Positions 1 through 10,153 of a DNA stretch of 64,000 nt are shown one piece after another (the first letter of the stretch is position 1; each line of letters begins with the position of its first letter). The DNA is taken from positions 96,001 through 160,000 of the forward strand of contig CAXXVD010000004.1 of NCBI GenBank assembly GCA_963662335.2, read 5' to 3'. Below the pieces are notes generated by a model. That model was not told where the DNA came from. It made no database searches and saw only the letters and a program-made list of their open reading frames with translations. This DNA comes from Chloroflexota bacterium. GTDB taxonomy: Bacteria; Chloroflexota; UBA11872; VXOZ01. Both the position numbers and the translations under genes were made by a program.

Positions 1-1
1 G

Positions 2-331
2 GTCAACGGCGAACCCATGGGCGGCGAGACCACCGTTGCCGCCGGTCAGCCGGCGAACGTGCGCGTGGAGGCCCTGGGAACCGGCCCCTTGCGCTGGATT
101 CACGTCCTGCGCGCCGACCTGGACCGGCCGGAAGCCGGCTTCAACGTCGTCCACCAAGAGTGGTTCCCCGGCAGCAGCGCGCCCCTCGACTTCAGCCTGG
201 AGTGGACCGACGCCGCGCCGCCCGCGCGCGCCGTCTACTACGTCCGCGTACGCCAACGCGACCTGGTCCACGGCCGCGTGGCACAGGCTTGGAGCAGCCC
301 GGTGTGGGTGACGAAGTCAGATGAAACGTAG
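2..331 (+). CDS. C-terminal part of a DUF3604/CehA-McbA-like metallohydrolase, truncated by the window edge
   Basis: Frame open from position 2 (VNGEPMG...). Ends YYVRVRQ...AWSSPVWV, the same C-terminal signature as 2386..4281. Confidence 0.7.
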   Translation, partial: VNGEPMGGETTVAAGQPANVRVEALGTGPLRWIHVLRADLDRPEAGFNVVHQEWFPGSSAPLDFSLEWTDAAPPARAVYYVRVRQRDLVHGRVAQAWSSPVWVTKSDET

Positions 332-504
332 TTAGTCAGCATTCTGGATGCTTTCCAAAGTGAGAATACGCCGGGCCAAGACTCGCCATAGCATGCGTTG
401 CCTCAAACGTGGCTTGCGATATCTGGCACACTGTATACCGACAGAGTGGACTTTCCTAAGTTGAAAAGGCGAAAACACTGCAGCATTCGAGAAGGGACTT
501 AACC

Positions 505-2379
505 GTGACGAAAGAGCCTTACGCACCACAGCATTACAGCGTTGACGTACAAAGTAATCTGATGATGACCGCCCGTGACGGCATCAAGCTCGGCACGGAC
601 GTGTACCGCCCGGCGCTGCCGGCGGATGGCGGCCGGGGCAGTGTTGGATTGACCGGGGAAGGGCTAGTGGCCGTTGACGGCGCGTTCCCTGTCATTCTCG
701 AGCGCACGCCGTATGACAAGACTGGTCTCGGCCTGCGGCGCAAGGGGCATTACTACGCGCGGCGGGGGTACGTGGTGGTGATACAGGACGTGCGCGGGCG
801 GTTTGCGTCCGAGGGCGAGTGGTACGCCTTTGGCGACGAGGGGCCGGACGGCTACGACACGTGCGCCTGGATTGTGGAACAGCCCTGGAGCAACGGCAAG
901 ATCGCCACCACGGGGTGCAGCTATGCCGGGTGCACCCAGAGCGCGTTGGCCTCGCTGGATCCGCCCGGACTGGCGGGCATGTTCGTGGAGGAAGGGCCGT
1001 GGAACTACCACACCGCCTCCATGCGCCACAACGGCGCCTGCGAGATGCGCTTCATGATCTACGCCTTCCGCATGGCCACCACCAGCAAGGAGGCGCTCAG
1101 CGACCCGCGCCTGCGCCAGAGCCTGGATAGCGCCTTCGCCAACGTCGCGCAGTGGGTGGCGAACGCGCCGCTCAAGAAAGGCGCGTCGCCGCTGGCCGAA
1201 CTGCCCAGCTACGAGCAGTGGCACCTGGACGTGCTCACCCACGGCGATATGGACGAATACTGGCGGCGTCCCGGCTACGGGCCGGAACTCTTCTACGACC
1301 AGCACGCCGACGTGCCGACGGTCTACTTTGGCGGCTGGTACGACTCGTATGCGCGCTCGACCTGCACGAATTATGTCGAGCTAAGCGAGCGCAAAGAGTC
1401 GCCGCAGACGCTCATCATGGGCCCCTTCACCCACGGCACCGGCAGCGCCGAGGTTTCCCATGCCGGCGACGTAGACTTCGGCCGCGAGGCCGCGATCTAC
1501 GACATGAACGAACTGCGGCTGCATTGGTTCGACTACTGGCTCAAGGGCAAGGAGACCGGCGCGGCGCAGACCAAGCCGGTGCAGATCTTCGTCATGGGCG
1601 GCGGCAGCGGCATGCGCAACAGCGACGGCCGCCTGGACCACGGCGGTGAGTGGCGCGCGGAAGACGAATGGCCCCTGGCGCGCACGCAGTGGAGGCCCTA
1701 CTATTTGCACGCCGACGGCGGCCTCAGCGCGGAATCGCCGTCTCCCGGCGCGCGGGCCAGCGCCTTCACCTTCGACCCAGCCAATCCGGTGCCAACGATT
1801 GGCGGCAATCTCTCAGCCGGTGACCCGGTCTTGGTTGCGGGCGCGTATGATCAACGCGGCGACGAGCGCTTCTTTGGCTACACCGGCAGCCTGCCGCTGG
1901 CCGCGCGGCCCGATGTGCTGGTCTTCCAAACACCGCCGCTGGAAGAGGACGTGGAAGTCACCGGGCCGCTTACCGTCAAGCTCTGGATTAGCTCCACGGC
2001 CGTCGATACCGACTTCACGGTCAAGCTGCTCGACGTGCATCCGCCGAACGGCGACTATCCCCAGGGCTTCGCCATGAACGTCACGGACAGCATCCAGCGC
2101 GCCCGCTACCGCAACAGCCGCGAACGGGCCGAGTTCCTCGAACCGGACGTGCCCACGCCCATCACGATCGAGATGTACCCCACCAGCAACGTCTTTGCGC
2201 GGGGTCACCGCATCCGGCTGGACGTATCCAGCAGCAACTTCCCCCGCTTCGACGTCAATCCCAACACCGGCGAACCCCTGGGCCGCCACACGCGCCTGGA
2301 AGTGGCGCACAACACGGTCTTCCACGAACCCAGCCGCCCCTCACACATCGTGCTGCCGGTGATTCCCAAGGAGCAGTAG
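505..2379 (+). CDS. CocE/NonD family hydrolase (peptidase S15)
   Basis: RDGIKLGTDVYRP, RTPYDK, QDVRGRFASEG, nucleophile GCSYAG, GGWYD, GPFTH, GHRIRLDVSSSNFPRFD. Confidence 0.93.
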   Translation: MTKEPYAPQHYSVDVQSNLMMTARDGIKLGTDVYRPALPADGGRGSVGLTGEGLVAVDGAFPVILERTPYDKTGLGLRRKGHYYARRGYVVVIQDVRGRFASEGEWYAFGDEGPDGYDTCAWIVEQPWSNGKIATTGCSYAGCTQSALASLDPPGLAGMFVEEGPWNYHTASMRHNGACEMRFMIYAFRMATTSKEALSDPRLRQSLDSAFANVAQWVANAPLKKGASPLAELPSYEQWHLDVLTHGDMDEYWRRPGYGPELFYDQHADVPTVYFGGWYDSYARSTCTNYVELSERKESPQTLIMGPFTHGTGSAEVSHAGDVDFGREAAIYDMNELRLHWFDYWLKGKETGAAQTKPVQIFVMGGGSGMRNSDGRLDHGGEWRAEDEWPLARTQWRPYYLHADGGLSAESPSPGARASAFTFDPANPVPTIGGNLSAGDPVLVAGAYDQRGDERFFGYTGSLPLAARPDVLVFQTPPLEEDVEVTGPLTVKLWISSTAVDTDFTVKLLDVHPPNGDYPQGFAMNVTDSIQRARYRNSRERAEFLEPDVPTPITIEMYPTSNVFARGHRIRLDVSSSNFPRFDVNPNTGEPLGRHTRLEVAHNTVFHEPSRPSHIVLPVIPKEQ

Positions 2380-2385
2380 TCTGCC

Positions 2386-4281
2386 GTGAAATCCGATTCT
2401 ATACATGAACTGACCGCCGGACACGCGCCGGCCGGCTATACGGCGCACATCACGCCGTCTGAGCCTGTCACCGTCGGGCAGCGGGGCACATGGGACATCG
2501 TGTTTACCGTGGGCGAGCTAGGGATTGCCATTGGCGGCGGGGTGCGGATTGCGCCGCCGCACCGGGAGAAGCAGCGGTGGGACGTGGGCAACGTGGTGGC
2601 GACGACCAGCGTGGCCGGCGCTAACGTGCGCGTGAACGTAGTTAACGGCCATCCGCTCTCCTTTCATCACTCGCAGTATCCGGTCGTCTACGCCGTGCTG
2701 GAAGGCAAGCCGCTGCGCGGCGGCGATACGCTGACCGTCACGCTGGGGCATCCGGGCAGCTACGTCTCCGGTTTTCGCCAGCCGGCCCAGGCGCAGGACA
2801 TCATCAGCGTGGACACCTATTTCGAAGTGGGCGTGGACATCGAGGGCAACACCGACTACAGCAATCCGGACTACCCGGTGCGCGGCGGGGGGCGCCACTT
2901 TCCGCTCCAAGCGCAACCCGCCATTGACGTTCTGCCGGCCGCGCCGGCAACGCTTGGCGTCATCGTACCCCACACGCGGGCGGATGAAGGCCCGGCACGC
3001 GTATTCATCCACGCCCGTGACGCCTTCGGCAACGTGTGCGACGACTTTCAAGGTACGCTCAAACTTGAAACCGTTGACAGCAACGACGGCGCGCTTCACG
3101 CCGAAGCGGAAGCGCCGACGGCAGACCGCGGCCTCGCCCACGCGCGGATCGACGTACCCGCGCAGTCGGGCGTCTATCGCGTGCGGGCGCGGGACGAGGC
3201 CAGCGGCGTCATTGGCAGCAGCCGTCCCATTGCGCCGCACTTTCAACCGGGCGGCTACAACATCTACTGGGGCGACATCCACAACCACACGAATCTCTCC
3301 GGCGACGGCGTGCGGGACATCGACGACGCCTACCACTACGCGCGCTACATCAGCGGCTTGGACTTCGTCGCCATTACCGACCATGAAGGCGGCAAGGACT
3401 GGGAGCGCACCCAGGCGTGCGCCAAGCAATACAATGCGCCCGGCGCGTTCACGACGTTCTTGGCGTATGAGTACAGCCTGGCCGGCTTCGCGGGGCACCG
3501 CAACGTCTACTACCTTGACGACGACATGCCCTGTCCCACGCCCGACGACCCGAACGAACTCTGGGCGCAACTGCCGCCGGGGCGCGCGCTGGTCATTCCC
3601 CATCATCCGAACACGCATTCGGAAGGCGGCACCACTCGCGGCCGCTGGCAACCCACGGACTACAGCGTGCACCATCCTGAGTTTCAACGGCACGTGGAGA
3701 TTTGCCAGTTGCGCGGCTCGTTCGAGGTCGAAGAGATTGGCGGGGCCGTGGTGCTCGGCGGCAATGGCTCATCCGCGCGCAGCGCGCTCGCGAAAGGGCT
3801 GCGGCTCGGCTTCGTCGGCGGCACGGACAACCACCGCGGCCACCCGGGCTCGCGCATGGACACCATGGGCGGCATCGATTTCCGGTTGCGCCCGCTGGGC
3901 GGCATCACCGCCGTGCTGGCGCGCGAATGCACACGAGATTCGCTGTGGGAGGCGCTGCTGGCGCGGCGCACGTACGCCACCACCTGCGAGCGCATTCTGC
4001 TCGACTTCAGCGTCAACGGCGCGCTCATGGGCAGCGGCGCGGCGCCGGACGCAGCCTTCACGGCGCATGTGGCGGTGATCGGCGCCGGGGAGATCGCGCG
4101 CGTTGACGTGATCCGCGACGGCCAAGAGGCGCACACCGTCGCCGGTGAAGGCGCTGCCTGCGAATTCACGTGGCGCGATTGCCCGGCAGAACAGCCGGGT
4201 TACTACTATGCCCGCGTGCTCCAGGCCGACGGCAACGCCGCGTGGTCGAGTCCGGTCTGGATTGAGAACCGAGAAGCCTGA
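2386..4281 (+). CDS. DUF3604/CehA-McbA family PHP-like metallohydrolase with an N-terminal beta-rich domain
   Basis: WGDIHNHT, DFVAITDH, GHRNVY, IPHHP, GFVGGTDNH and AWSSPVW motifs. Confidence 0.8.
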   Translation: MKSDSIHELTAGHAPAGYTAHITPSEPVTVGQRGTWDIVFTVGELGIAIGGGVRIAPPHREKQRWDVGNVVATTSVAGANVRVNVVNGHPLSFHHSQYPVVYAVLEGKPLRGGDTLTVTLGHPGSYVSGFRQPAQAQDIISVDTYFEVGVDIEGNTDYSNPDYPVRGGGRHFPLQAQPAIDVLPAAPATLGVIVPHTRADEGPARVFIHARDAFGNVCDDFQGTLKLETVDSNDGALHAEAEAPTADRGLAHARIDVPAQSGVYRVRARDEASGVIGSSRPIAPHFQPGGYNIYWGDIHNHTNLSGDGVRDIDDAYHYARYISGLDFVAITDHEGGKDWERTQACAKQYNAPGAFTTFLAYEYSLAGFAGHRNVYYLDDDMPCPTPDDPNELWAQLPPGRALVIPHHPNTHSEGGTTRGRWQPTDYSVHHPEFQRHVEICQLRGSFEVEEIGGAVVLGGNGSSARSALAKGLRLGFVGGTDNHRGHPGSRMDTMGGIDFRLRPLGGITAVLARECTRDSLWEALLARRTYATTCERILLDFSVNGALMGSGAAPDAAFTAHVAVIGAGEIARVDVIRDGQEAHTVAGEGAACEFTWRDCPAEQPGYYYARVLQADGNAAWSSPVWIENREA

Positions 4282-4385
4282 ATTCCTACGGAAGCGGCGG
4301 TTACATTTGGAGTATCGTACGCCGATGTGCTAGAATATAGAGAGCCTTCCGGCGGTTGGCGCGTAGACAACGAAGGATACGTTAC

Positions 4386-4778
4386 ATGGCTCAGGCAGAC
4401 GTGGAAGCGCGACAGAACCGGACCGCACAACCGACGATTGTCGCGTGGATGAAGCCCTTTTGCGGGTGGAGCAACGGCGTGCGGGCCGTGTTCCAGAAGT
4501 ACGGCCTTGCGTTCGACGACCGCGACATCATCAATAATGCCGCGCACTTCAATGAAATGGTGCAGCGCACGGGCCAGACCATGCAGCCCTGCGTTGCCAT
4601 AGACGACCACGTGCTCAGCGACGTTTCCGGCGAGGAAGTGGAAGCGTGGCTCATTGCGCACAATTACGTTGAACCCAGCGACGAAGAGACGGGCGTCCCT
4701 CTCGACCGCGCCTGTGAGGACGAATCACACCCTCAGCCGGTTTCATTGCAGATGAAGCCGCCTCCACGCTGGGAATAG
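4386..4778 (+). CDS. Glutaredoxin-like protein (monothiol CGWS)
   Basis: KPFCGWS motif and GQTMQPCVAID cis-Pro region. ATG at 4386 follows GAAGGA. Confidence 0.75.
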   Translation: MAQADVEARQNRTAQPTIVAWMKPFCGWSNGVRAVFQKYGLAFDDRDIINNAAHFNEMVQRTGQTMQPCVAIDDHVLSDVSGEEVEAWLIAHNYVEPSDEETGVPLDRACEDESHPQPVSLQMKPPPRWE

Positions 4779-5247
4779 CGATTCGCCCTGTTTCGCCGCT
4801 TCCGTTGACTACGTCCGTTAGCCGCGCCGTGGCCCGGCGGGCCGGCTCTCGTCAGCGCGCCACTCTCGAGCGCAGTTTCCCTTTCGCGAGCTATGGTTCC
4901 AGGTAGCAGCGCCTTCAGAGTTGGCCGCGCCTATCTACTTTTCAGGCAGATTTCCATTTCGCTGTAGGTTGTCCGTGATTGCCTGTTAGCGTCACTCAAA
5001 TCGAAAGGATGACGGTTTTGCGCCTCTACGCGCTCCACATGCGGCTACGCTGACGCAGCCAAAGCGCAGACGCTCTCACGATACAGAATCCCATTCGGAT
5101 TCCTCGCACTCTTCTTCGCTCACATTCCGGCAACGATTGCTCTCAATGTGCTGCTAGGCAACTTGGCGGCGCCGCGCCGCTTCTGTATCATAGGGATGAG
5201 GTTGGCAGCGCTCTCATTCCCACCGCAACGAGAGGTCAAAGACCGAG

Positions 5248-6612
5248 ATGTTTCCCTCACGCAAGTGGCTCTACCCGGGCATGCACGTCAAGCGGTGGAT
5301 CGCGCTGCTCATAATCGGGTTCATGGCTTTTGCCCTGGCCTGCGCCATGGCCCTCGCCTGGGTCTACCGAAACGTCGATTTCGTCCAACCCTTTTCCGAG
5401 CCCGTCCAAGCCGTAACGCTCCAGTTCATCCCGCACCCCTACCGGGAGATTCTCGTCGGCAGTGTCGGGCTCATTCTTACCGTTATTGCGGTCTGGCGGC
5501 TCTACGCCTCGCTCATGGACGTCGTGGGCGCGCCAAACCAGAGTGAGCGGTTGGTAGACTTAGTCTACGCGCGCCGGATTCTCAACACCGGCCCCAAGAT
5601 CGTCACGATTGGCGGCGGCACCGGACAGTCCGTCCTGCTGCGCGGGTTGAAAGAGTACACGAACAACTTGACCGCCATCGTGACGGTCGTGGACGACGGC
5701 GGGTCGTCCGGCCGCTTGCGGCGCGAGTTTGGGGCCTTGCCGCCCGGCGACGTGCGCCAGTGCATTGGCGCGCTGGCGATTGCGGAGCCGCTGATGACGC
5801 GGCTGCTCAACTACCGTTTCAGCAAGGGCAGCGGGTTGGAAGGGCACAGCCTGGGTAACCTGATGATGCTGGCTATGGCCGATCTCACCGGCAACTTCGA
5901 ATCCGGCATCCGCGAGCTTTCACGGGTGTTGGCCGTGCGCGGCCAGATTCTGCCTTCCACCCTGGAAAGCGTTGGGCTTTGCGCCGAACTCCAGGACGGA
6001 CGCACCATCTCCGGCGAATCCGCGATACGGGAGGCCGGGTCGTCCATCAAGCGTGTGTACCTGGATAAGCAGCATCCAACCGCCTTTGGCGAAGCGTGCC
6101 AGGCCATTCTGGAAGCGGACTACATCATCCTTGCGCCCGGCAGTCTCTACACGAGCCTGCTGCCCAACCTGCTCGTGCCGGAAATCTCCCGCGCCCTGGC
6201 GGACGCGAAAGCCGCCAAACTCTACGTCTGCAACGTGGCGACCGAGCCTGGCGAAACAACGCATTACGGCGTGGAAGAGCATCTGGCGGCCCTCAAGCTG
6301 CACGCCCCGGCCGGCGTCTGCTCGGTTGTGTTGGTAAACGACCACACCAGCGTGCCGTCGGTAAACGGCACGTACGAACTTGTGGAACTGTCCCGGCAAC
6401 GGAATGACATCAACGGTCTGCCAACCGAGATCTACGGTCTTCCCATTGCTACCGCCGACGTGATCGACGTGAATGTGCCAAGTCAGCATGACGCGGAGAA
6501 ACTTGCCCAAGCGGTGATGCACGTCTATCACGACTCCGGCACAAGCAAGCGCGACCGGAAACGCGGCGTGCACGCCGTGCCCGATGAAGCGAACGCAATG
6601 AAGGCGTCCTGA
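5248..6612 (+). CDS. yvcK: YvcK/GlmR family (UPF0052) protein with N-terminal transmembrane helices
   Basis: IGGGTG, DDGGSSGRLR, PPGDVR, GHSLGNL, PGSLYTS. Confidence 0.93.
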   Translation: MFPSRKWLYPGMHVKRWIALLIIGFMAFALACAMALAWVYRNVDFVQPFSEPVQAVTLQFIPHPYREILVGSVGLILTVIAVWRLYASLMDVVGAPNQSERLVDLVYARRILNTGPKIVTIGGGTGQSVLLRGLKEYTNNLTAIVTVVDDGGSSGRLRREFGALPPGDVRQCIGALAIAEPLMTRLLNYRFSKGSGLEGHSLGNLMMLAMADLTGNFESGIRELSRVLAVRGQILPSTLESVGLCAELQDGRTISGESAIREAGSSIKRVYLDKQHPTAFGEACQAILEADYIILAPGSLYTSLLPNLLVPEISRALADAKAAKLYVCNVATEPGETTHYGVEEHLAALKLHAPAGVCSVVLVNDHTSVPSVNGTYELVELSRQRNDINGLPTEIYGLPIATADVIDVNVPSQHDAEKLAQAVMHVYHDSGTSKRDRKRGVHAVPDEANAMKAS

Positions 6613-6666
6613 GCGAGAGGTACACTGCCGCGTGGCGACACGACGTTAGCATTAGGGAAGAAGGAC

Positions 6667-7686
6667 ATGTCACGAGTAGCGATCAATGGTTTCGGTCGAA
6701 TTGGCAGAATGGCGCTCCGCGCCCTCTTGGAGCGCGCGCCCGACGTGGAACCGGCCGCGGTGAACGACCTGGCGGCGGCGGAAACGAACGCGCATCTCTT
6801 CAAATACGACAGCAACTACGGCCGCTTCGACGGTGAGGTCGCAGTAAGCGACGATACGCTCGCAATCGACGGACGCGCGTTGCCGATGCTCTCGCAACGC
6901 GACTGGACGGCGTTGCCGTGGCACGAACTCGGCATCGACGTGGTGATCGAGTCGACCGGCGTCGGCACCGATCGCGCCGCGGCCGCCAAGCATCTGGCGG
7001 CGGGAGCGAAGAAGGTGATCATCTCGGCCCCGGCCACCGACGAAGACGTTACGCTGGTCTTGGGCGTAAACGACGCCGCGTACGACCCGGCGCGGCATCA
7101 CATCGTGTCGAACGCCTCCTGCACCACCAACTGCCTCGCGCCCGTGGTGAAGGTGCTGCACGACGCCTTCACGATCGAGCAAGGCTTGATGAATACCATT
7201 CACTCATACACCAACGATCAACGTATCCTCGACCTCGACCAGAAAGACCTGCGCCGGGCGCGCGCGGGCGCGCTCAATATCATCCCTACGACCACCGGCG
7301 CGGCCCGCGCCGTGGTGCAGGTGATTCCCGAACTCAAGGGCCGGCTCGACGGCTTTGCCCTGCGCGTGCCAACGCCGACCGTGTCCGTGGTTGACTTTAC
7401 CTGCCAGGTGGCGCAGGACGTGACGGTCGAAGCCGTAAACGACGCCTTTGCCGCCGCCGCGCAGGGACCCTTGAACGGCATTCTCGGCTGCTCCGCTGAG
7501 GAACTCGTCAGCATGGACTACAAGAAAGACTCGCGGAGTTCGATCATCGACTTGCCGTCTACGCAGGTCTCCGGCAGGCTCGTCAAAGTGCTCTCCTGGT
7601 ACGACAACGAGTGGGGTTACGCCTGCCGCATTGCGGACTTGACCGCCAGGGTAGCGCAGACCATCCCGCAAGAGGTTGCGGTGTAG
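6667..7686 (+). CDS. gap: Type I glyceraldehyde-3-phosphate dehydrogenase
   Basis: [29 protein letters not shown]. Confidence 0.98.
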   Translation: MSRVAINGFGRIGRMALRALLERAPDVEPAAVNDLAAAETNAHLFKYDSNYGRFDGEVAVSDDTLAIDGRALPMLSQRDWTALPWHELGIDVVIESTGVGTDRAAAAKHLAAGAKKVIISAPATDEDVTLVLGVNDAAYDPARHHIVSNASCTTNCLAPVVKVLHDAFTIEQGLMNTIHSYTNDQRILDLDQKDLRRARAGALNIIPTTTGAARAVVQVIPELKGRLDGFALRVPTPTVSVVDFTCQVAQDVTVEAVNDAFAAAAQGPLNGILGCSAEELVSMDYKKDSRSSIIDLPSTQVSGRLVKVLSWYDNEWGYACRIADLTARVAQTIPQEVAV

Positions 7687-7818
7687 ACGCCTTAAGGGAT
7701 ACGCGGGCGTGTCCGGGCGCTTTGCAAAGAGCGAGCCGTGGGTTGGGCAATCCACGGCTTCTTTATTTCTTGGGAGTGCACAGGCTGCACCGCGGCTTCA
7801 GTCCGCCAACCAAGGGGC

Positions 7819-9000
7819 ATGATGAAGAGATCATTGCGCGACATCGATGCGGCGCACAAGACCGTGCTGGCGCGGGTAGACTTCAACGTGCCCCTGGCGG
7901 ACGGCGCGGTGGCCGATGACGCGCGGCTGCGGGCAACGGTGCCGACCATTCACTACCTGCGCGAGCGTCAGGCAAAGATCATCCTCGTCTCCCATTTGGG
8001 ACGGCCCAAAGGCGCGGTTGTAGATGATCTGCGCCTAGCGCCGGTGGCAGAGCGTCTCGCCGATTTGCTCGGCCTGCCGGTGCAGACGGCGCAAGACTGT
8101 GTGGGGCCGGAGGTGGAAGCCGCGGTACAGGCTCTGCAGCCAGGCGCTGTGCTGCTGTTGGAAAACGTGCGCTTCCATGCCGGGGAGGAGCGGAACGACC
8201 CGGGCTTCGCGCGGCGCCTGGCATCGCTCGCCGACCTCTTCGTCAATGACGCGTTCGGCGCCGCGCACCGCGCCCACGCCTCTACGGTTGGCGTGACCGC
8301 GTTCCTGCCCAGCGTGGCCGGGCTGCTCATGGAACGGGAGATCGCCACGCTCTCGCGCTTGCTGGAGAGTCCGGCGCACCCGTTCGTCGCGCTGGTCGGC
8401 GGGGCCAAGATTTCTACGAAGATCGGCGTGCTTACGCACCTGTTGGATACGCTCGACGTGCTGGTGGCGGGAGGCGGCATCGCCAATACGCTGCTGAAAG
8501 CCCAAGGCGCGGCGGTAGGCAGGAGCTTAGTCGAGGATGAACAGCTTGGGGTTGCCGCGGACTTCCTGGCGCGGGCGAAAGAGCGCGGCGTGCGCGTGTT
8601 GCTCCCCGCCGACGTTGTGGTAGGCGCGCCTGGCGAACCTGCCGGCGCGGCGGAAGTCGTCGGCAGCGACGCCGTGCCGCCGGACCTGATGATCGGCGAC
8701 GTCGGGCCGCGAACGGTTGCGGAAATCCAGGCGTGCCTGGCTTCCGCGCGCACCGTGCTTTGGAATGGGCCGCTGGGCCTGTTCGAAGAGGAGCGTTTCG
8801 CGGGCAGCACCCGCGCCATTGCGCTGGCGCTTGCGGAGGCGCCGGCGGTGACCATCGTCGGCGGCGGTGAAACGGTCGCGGCGGTCGAAGCCTGCGGCGT
8901 AGCCGACGCGATTACCCATGTCTCTACCGGCGGCGGCGCGACGCTGGAGTTTCTCGAAGGCATTGAACTCCCAGGCGTTGCCGCGCTCGCAGACATCTAA
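7819..9000 (+). CDS. pgk: Phosphoglycerate kinase
   Basis: RVDFNVP, SHLGRP, LLENVRF, NDAFGAAHRAHAS, HVSTGGGA. Start moved to the ATG after AAGGGG. Confidence 0.97.
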   Translation: MMKRSLRDIDAAHKTVLARVDFNVPLADGAVADDARLRATVPTIHYLRERQAKIILVSHLGRPKGAVVDDLRLAPVAERLADLLGLPVQTAQDCVGPEVEAAVQALQPGAVLLLENVRFHAGEERNDPGFARRLASLADLFVNDAFGAAHRAHASTVGVTAFLPSVAGLLMEREIATLSRLLESPAHPFVALVGGAKISTKIGVLTHLLDTLDVLVAGGGIANTLLKAQGAAVGRSLVEDEQLGVAADFLARAKERGVRVLLPADVVVGAPGEPAGAAEVVGSDAVPPDLMIGDVGPRTVAEIQACLASARTVLWNGPLGLFEEERFAGSTRAIALALAEAPAVTIVGGGETVAAVEACGVADAITHVSTGGGATLEFLEGIELPGVAALADI

Positions 9001-9048
9001 GCGCCCGAAGCGCTTGCCCACGATGGGCCGCGCGTTTCACGCCAAGAT

Positions 9049-9136
9049 GCGGGGGACAAGCCCCCGCGCTACGGTTGACCGCAAAGACAAGACGCCGCGC
9101 TACGGTTGACCGCAAAGACAAGACGCCGCGCTACGG
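9049..9136 (-). repeat. GTAG-type REP (9049-9072) plus a 31-bp tandem repeat (about 2.3 copies, 9064-9136) containing degenerate REP ends
   Basis: Reverse complement of GTAGCGCGGGGGCTTGTCCCCCGC. Tandem unit CCGCGCTACGGTTGACCGCAAAGACAAGACG. Lies between convergent genes. Confidence 0.85.
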
Positions 9137-9173
9137 CTTATCGCTAGGGCGAGTTTCACTCCTGCCTGCCGGG

Positions 9174-10139
9174 CTAGCGGGGCGGCTCTTCTTGCGTGCG
9201 TTGGCGGTGCAAGAGGTCTGCCAGGAGATTGCGTTCCACCTCGCGCCGCTTCCGAGGGGGATCGGTTTCGCGCCAATCGTGGAAGCCGCGACCCGCTTCC
9301 AATCCCAGCGCACCCTCTTCAACCAAGTCTTTCATGGCGGCCGGCGCGTCGGTGAGCGCGCTTAAGGTTGGATAGAGTTCGGCGGCAATAGCAAGGTTCA
9401 TCACCATGCCGCCCAGGTCGCGCTGCGCCAGCGGCCCAACGCGGCCGAGCCGCAGGCCGAAACCGTTAACAACCACCGCGTCGATCTCCTCCGCGGTAGC
9501 CACGCCGCTGGCCCAGAGCGCGACCGCCTCGCGGCTCAAGGCGTGCTGCAGCCGGTTGTGAATGAACCCGGGGATGTCCTTTTCAACTTTGACCGGCTGC
9601 TTGCCGGCGCGTTGCCAGACGTCGTAGGTCACCTGCATCGTCTCGTCGCTCGTCCGGTCGCCGCGCACGACCTCAACCAGCGGCAGCACGGTGCCAGGCA
9701 GGATGAAGTGACTGCCCACCACGCGCTCCGGCCGGCGCGTAGCGGCGGCGAGAGCGGTGATCGAGAGCGAGGAGGTGTTGCTGGCGAGTATCGCCGCCGG
9801 CGGCGCTTCAGCATCCAGCGCGGCGAAGATCGCTTGTTTCAAGGCCAGATCTTCCGGCACCGACTCGACGACGAATTCCGTCCGTTTCACCGCCGCGGCC
9901 CGGTCGGTCGTTCCGCTCGCGTTCTCTAGCGCGCGAGCGCCTTGCTCGCCGGTTATGATCTCGTGCTCGCTGAGCGTCGTGAGGCTTGTCTTCATGCGCA
10001 CGTTCGCCAGCGCCAACTGTTCGTCGCTTATGTCTACAAGTGTCACCGCCATGCCGGCGAGCGCGAGGACCACGGCAATGTCCGCGCCCATGAGTCCGGC
10101 GCCGACGATGGTGGCAGTGCGTATCGCGTCGGCTTGCAT
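9174..10139 (-). CDS. 3-hydroxyacyl-CoA dehydrogenase family protein
   Basis: VGAGLMGADIA, ESVPEDLALK, LASNTSSL, PLVEVV, PGFIHNRL. Confidence 0.93.
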   Translation of the reverse strand: MQADAIRTATIVGAGLMGADIAVVLALAGMAVTLVDISDEQLALANVRMKTSLTTLSEHEIITGEQGARALENASGTTDRAAAVKRTEFVVESVPEDLALKQAIFAALDAEAPPAAILASNTSSLSITALAAATRRPERVVGSHFILPGTVLPLVEVVRGDRTSDETMQVTYDVWQRAGKQPVKVEKDIPGFIHNRLQHALSREAVALWASGVATAEEIDAVVVNGFGLRLGRVGPLAQRDLGGMVMNLAIAAELYPTLSALTDAPAAMKDLVEEGALGLEAGRGFHDWRETDPPRKRREVERNLLADLLHRQRTQEEPPR

Positions 10140-10153
10140 CGCGCGCTCCTTCC

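Noticed and set aside
4780-5240. 460-bp intergenic gap as a gene remnant or riboswitch
   Set aside because: No convincing ORF, motif or structure recognised by eye.
9064-9136. 31-bp repeats as a CRISPR array
   Set aside because: Units are contiguous with no unique spacers, derive from REP sequence, and no cas genes are present.
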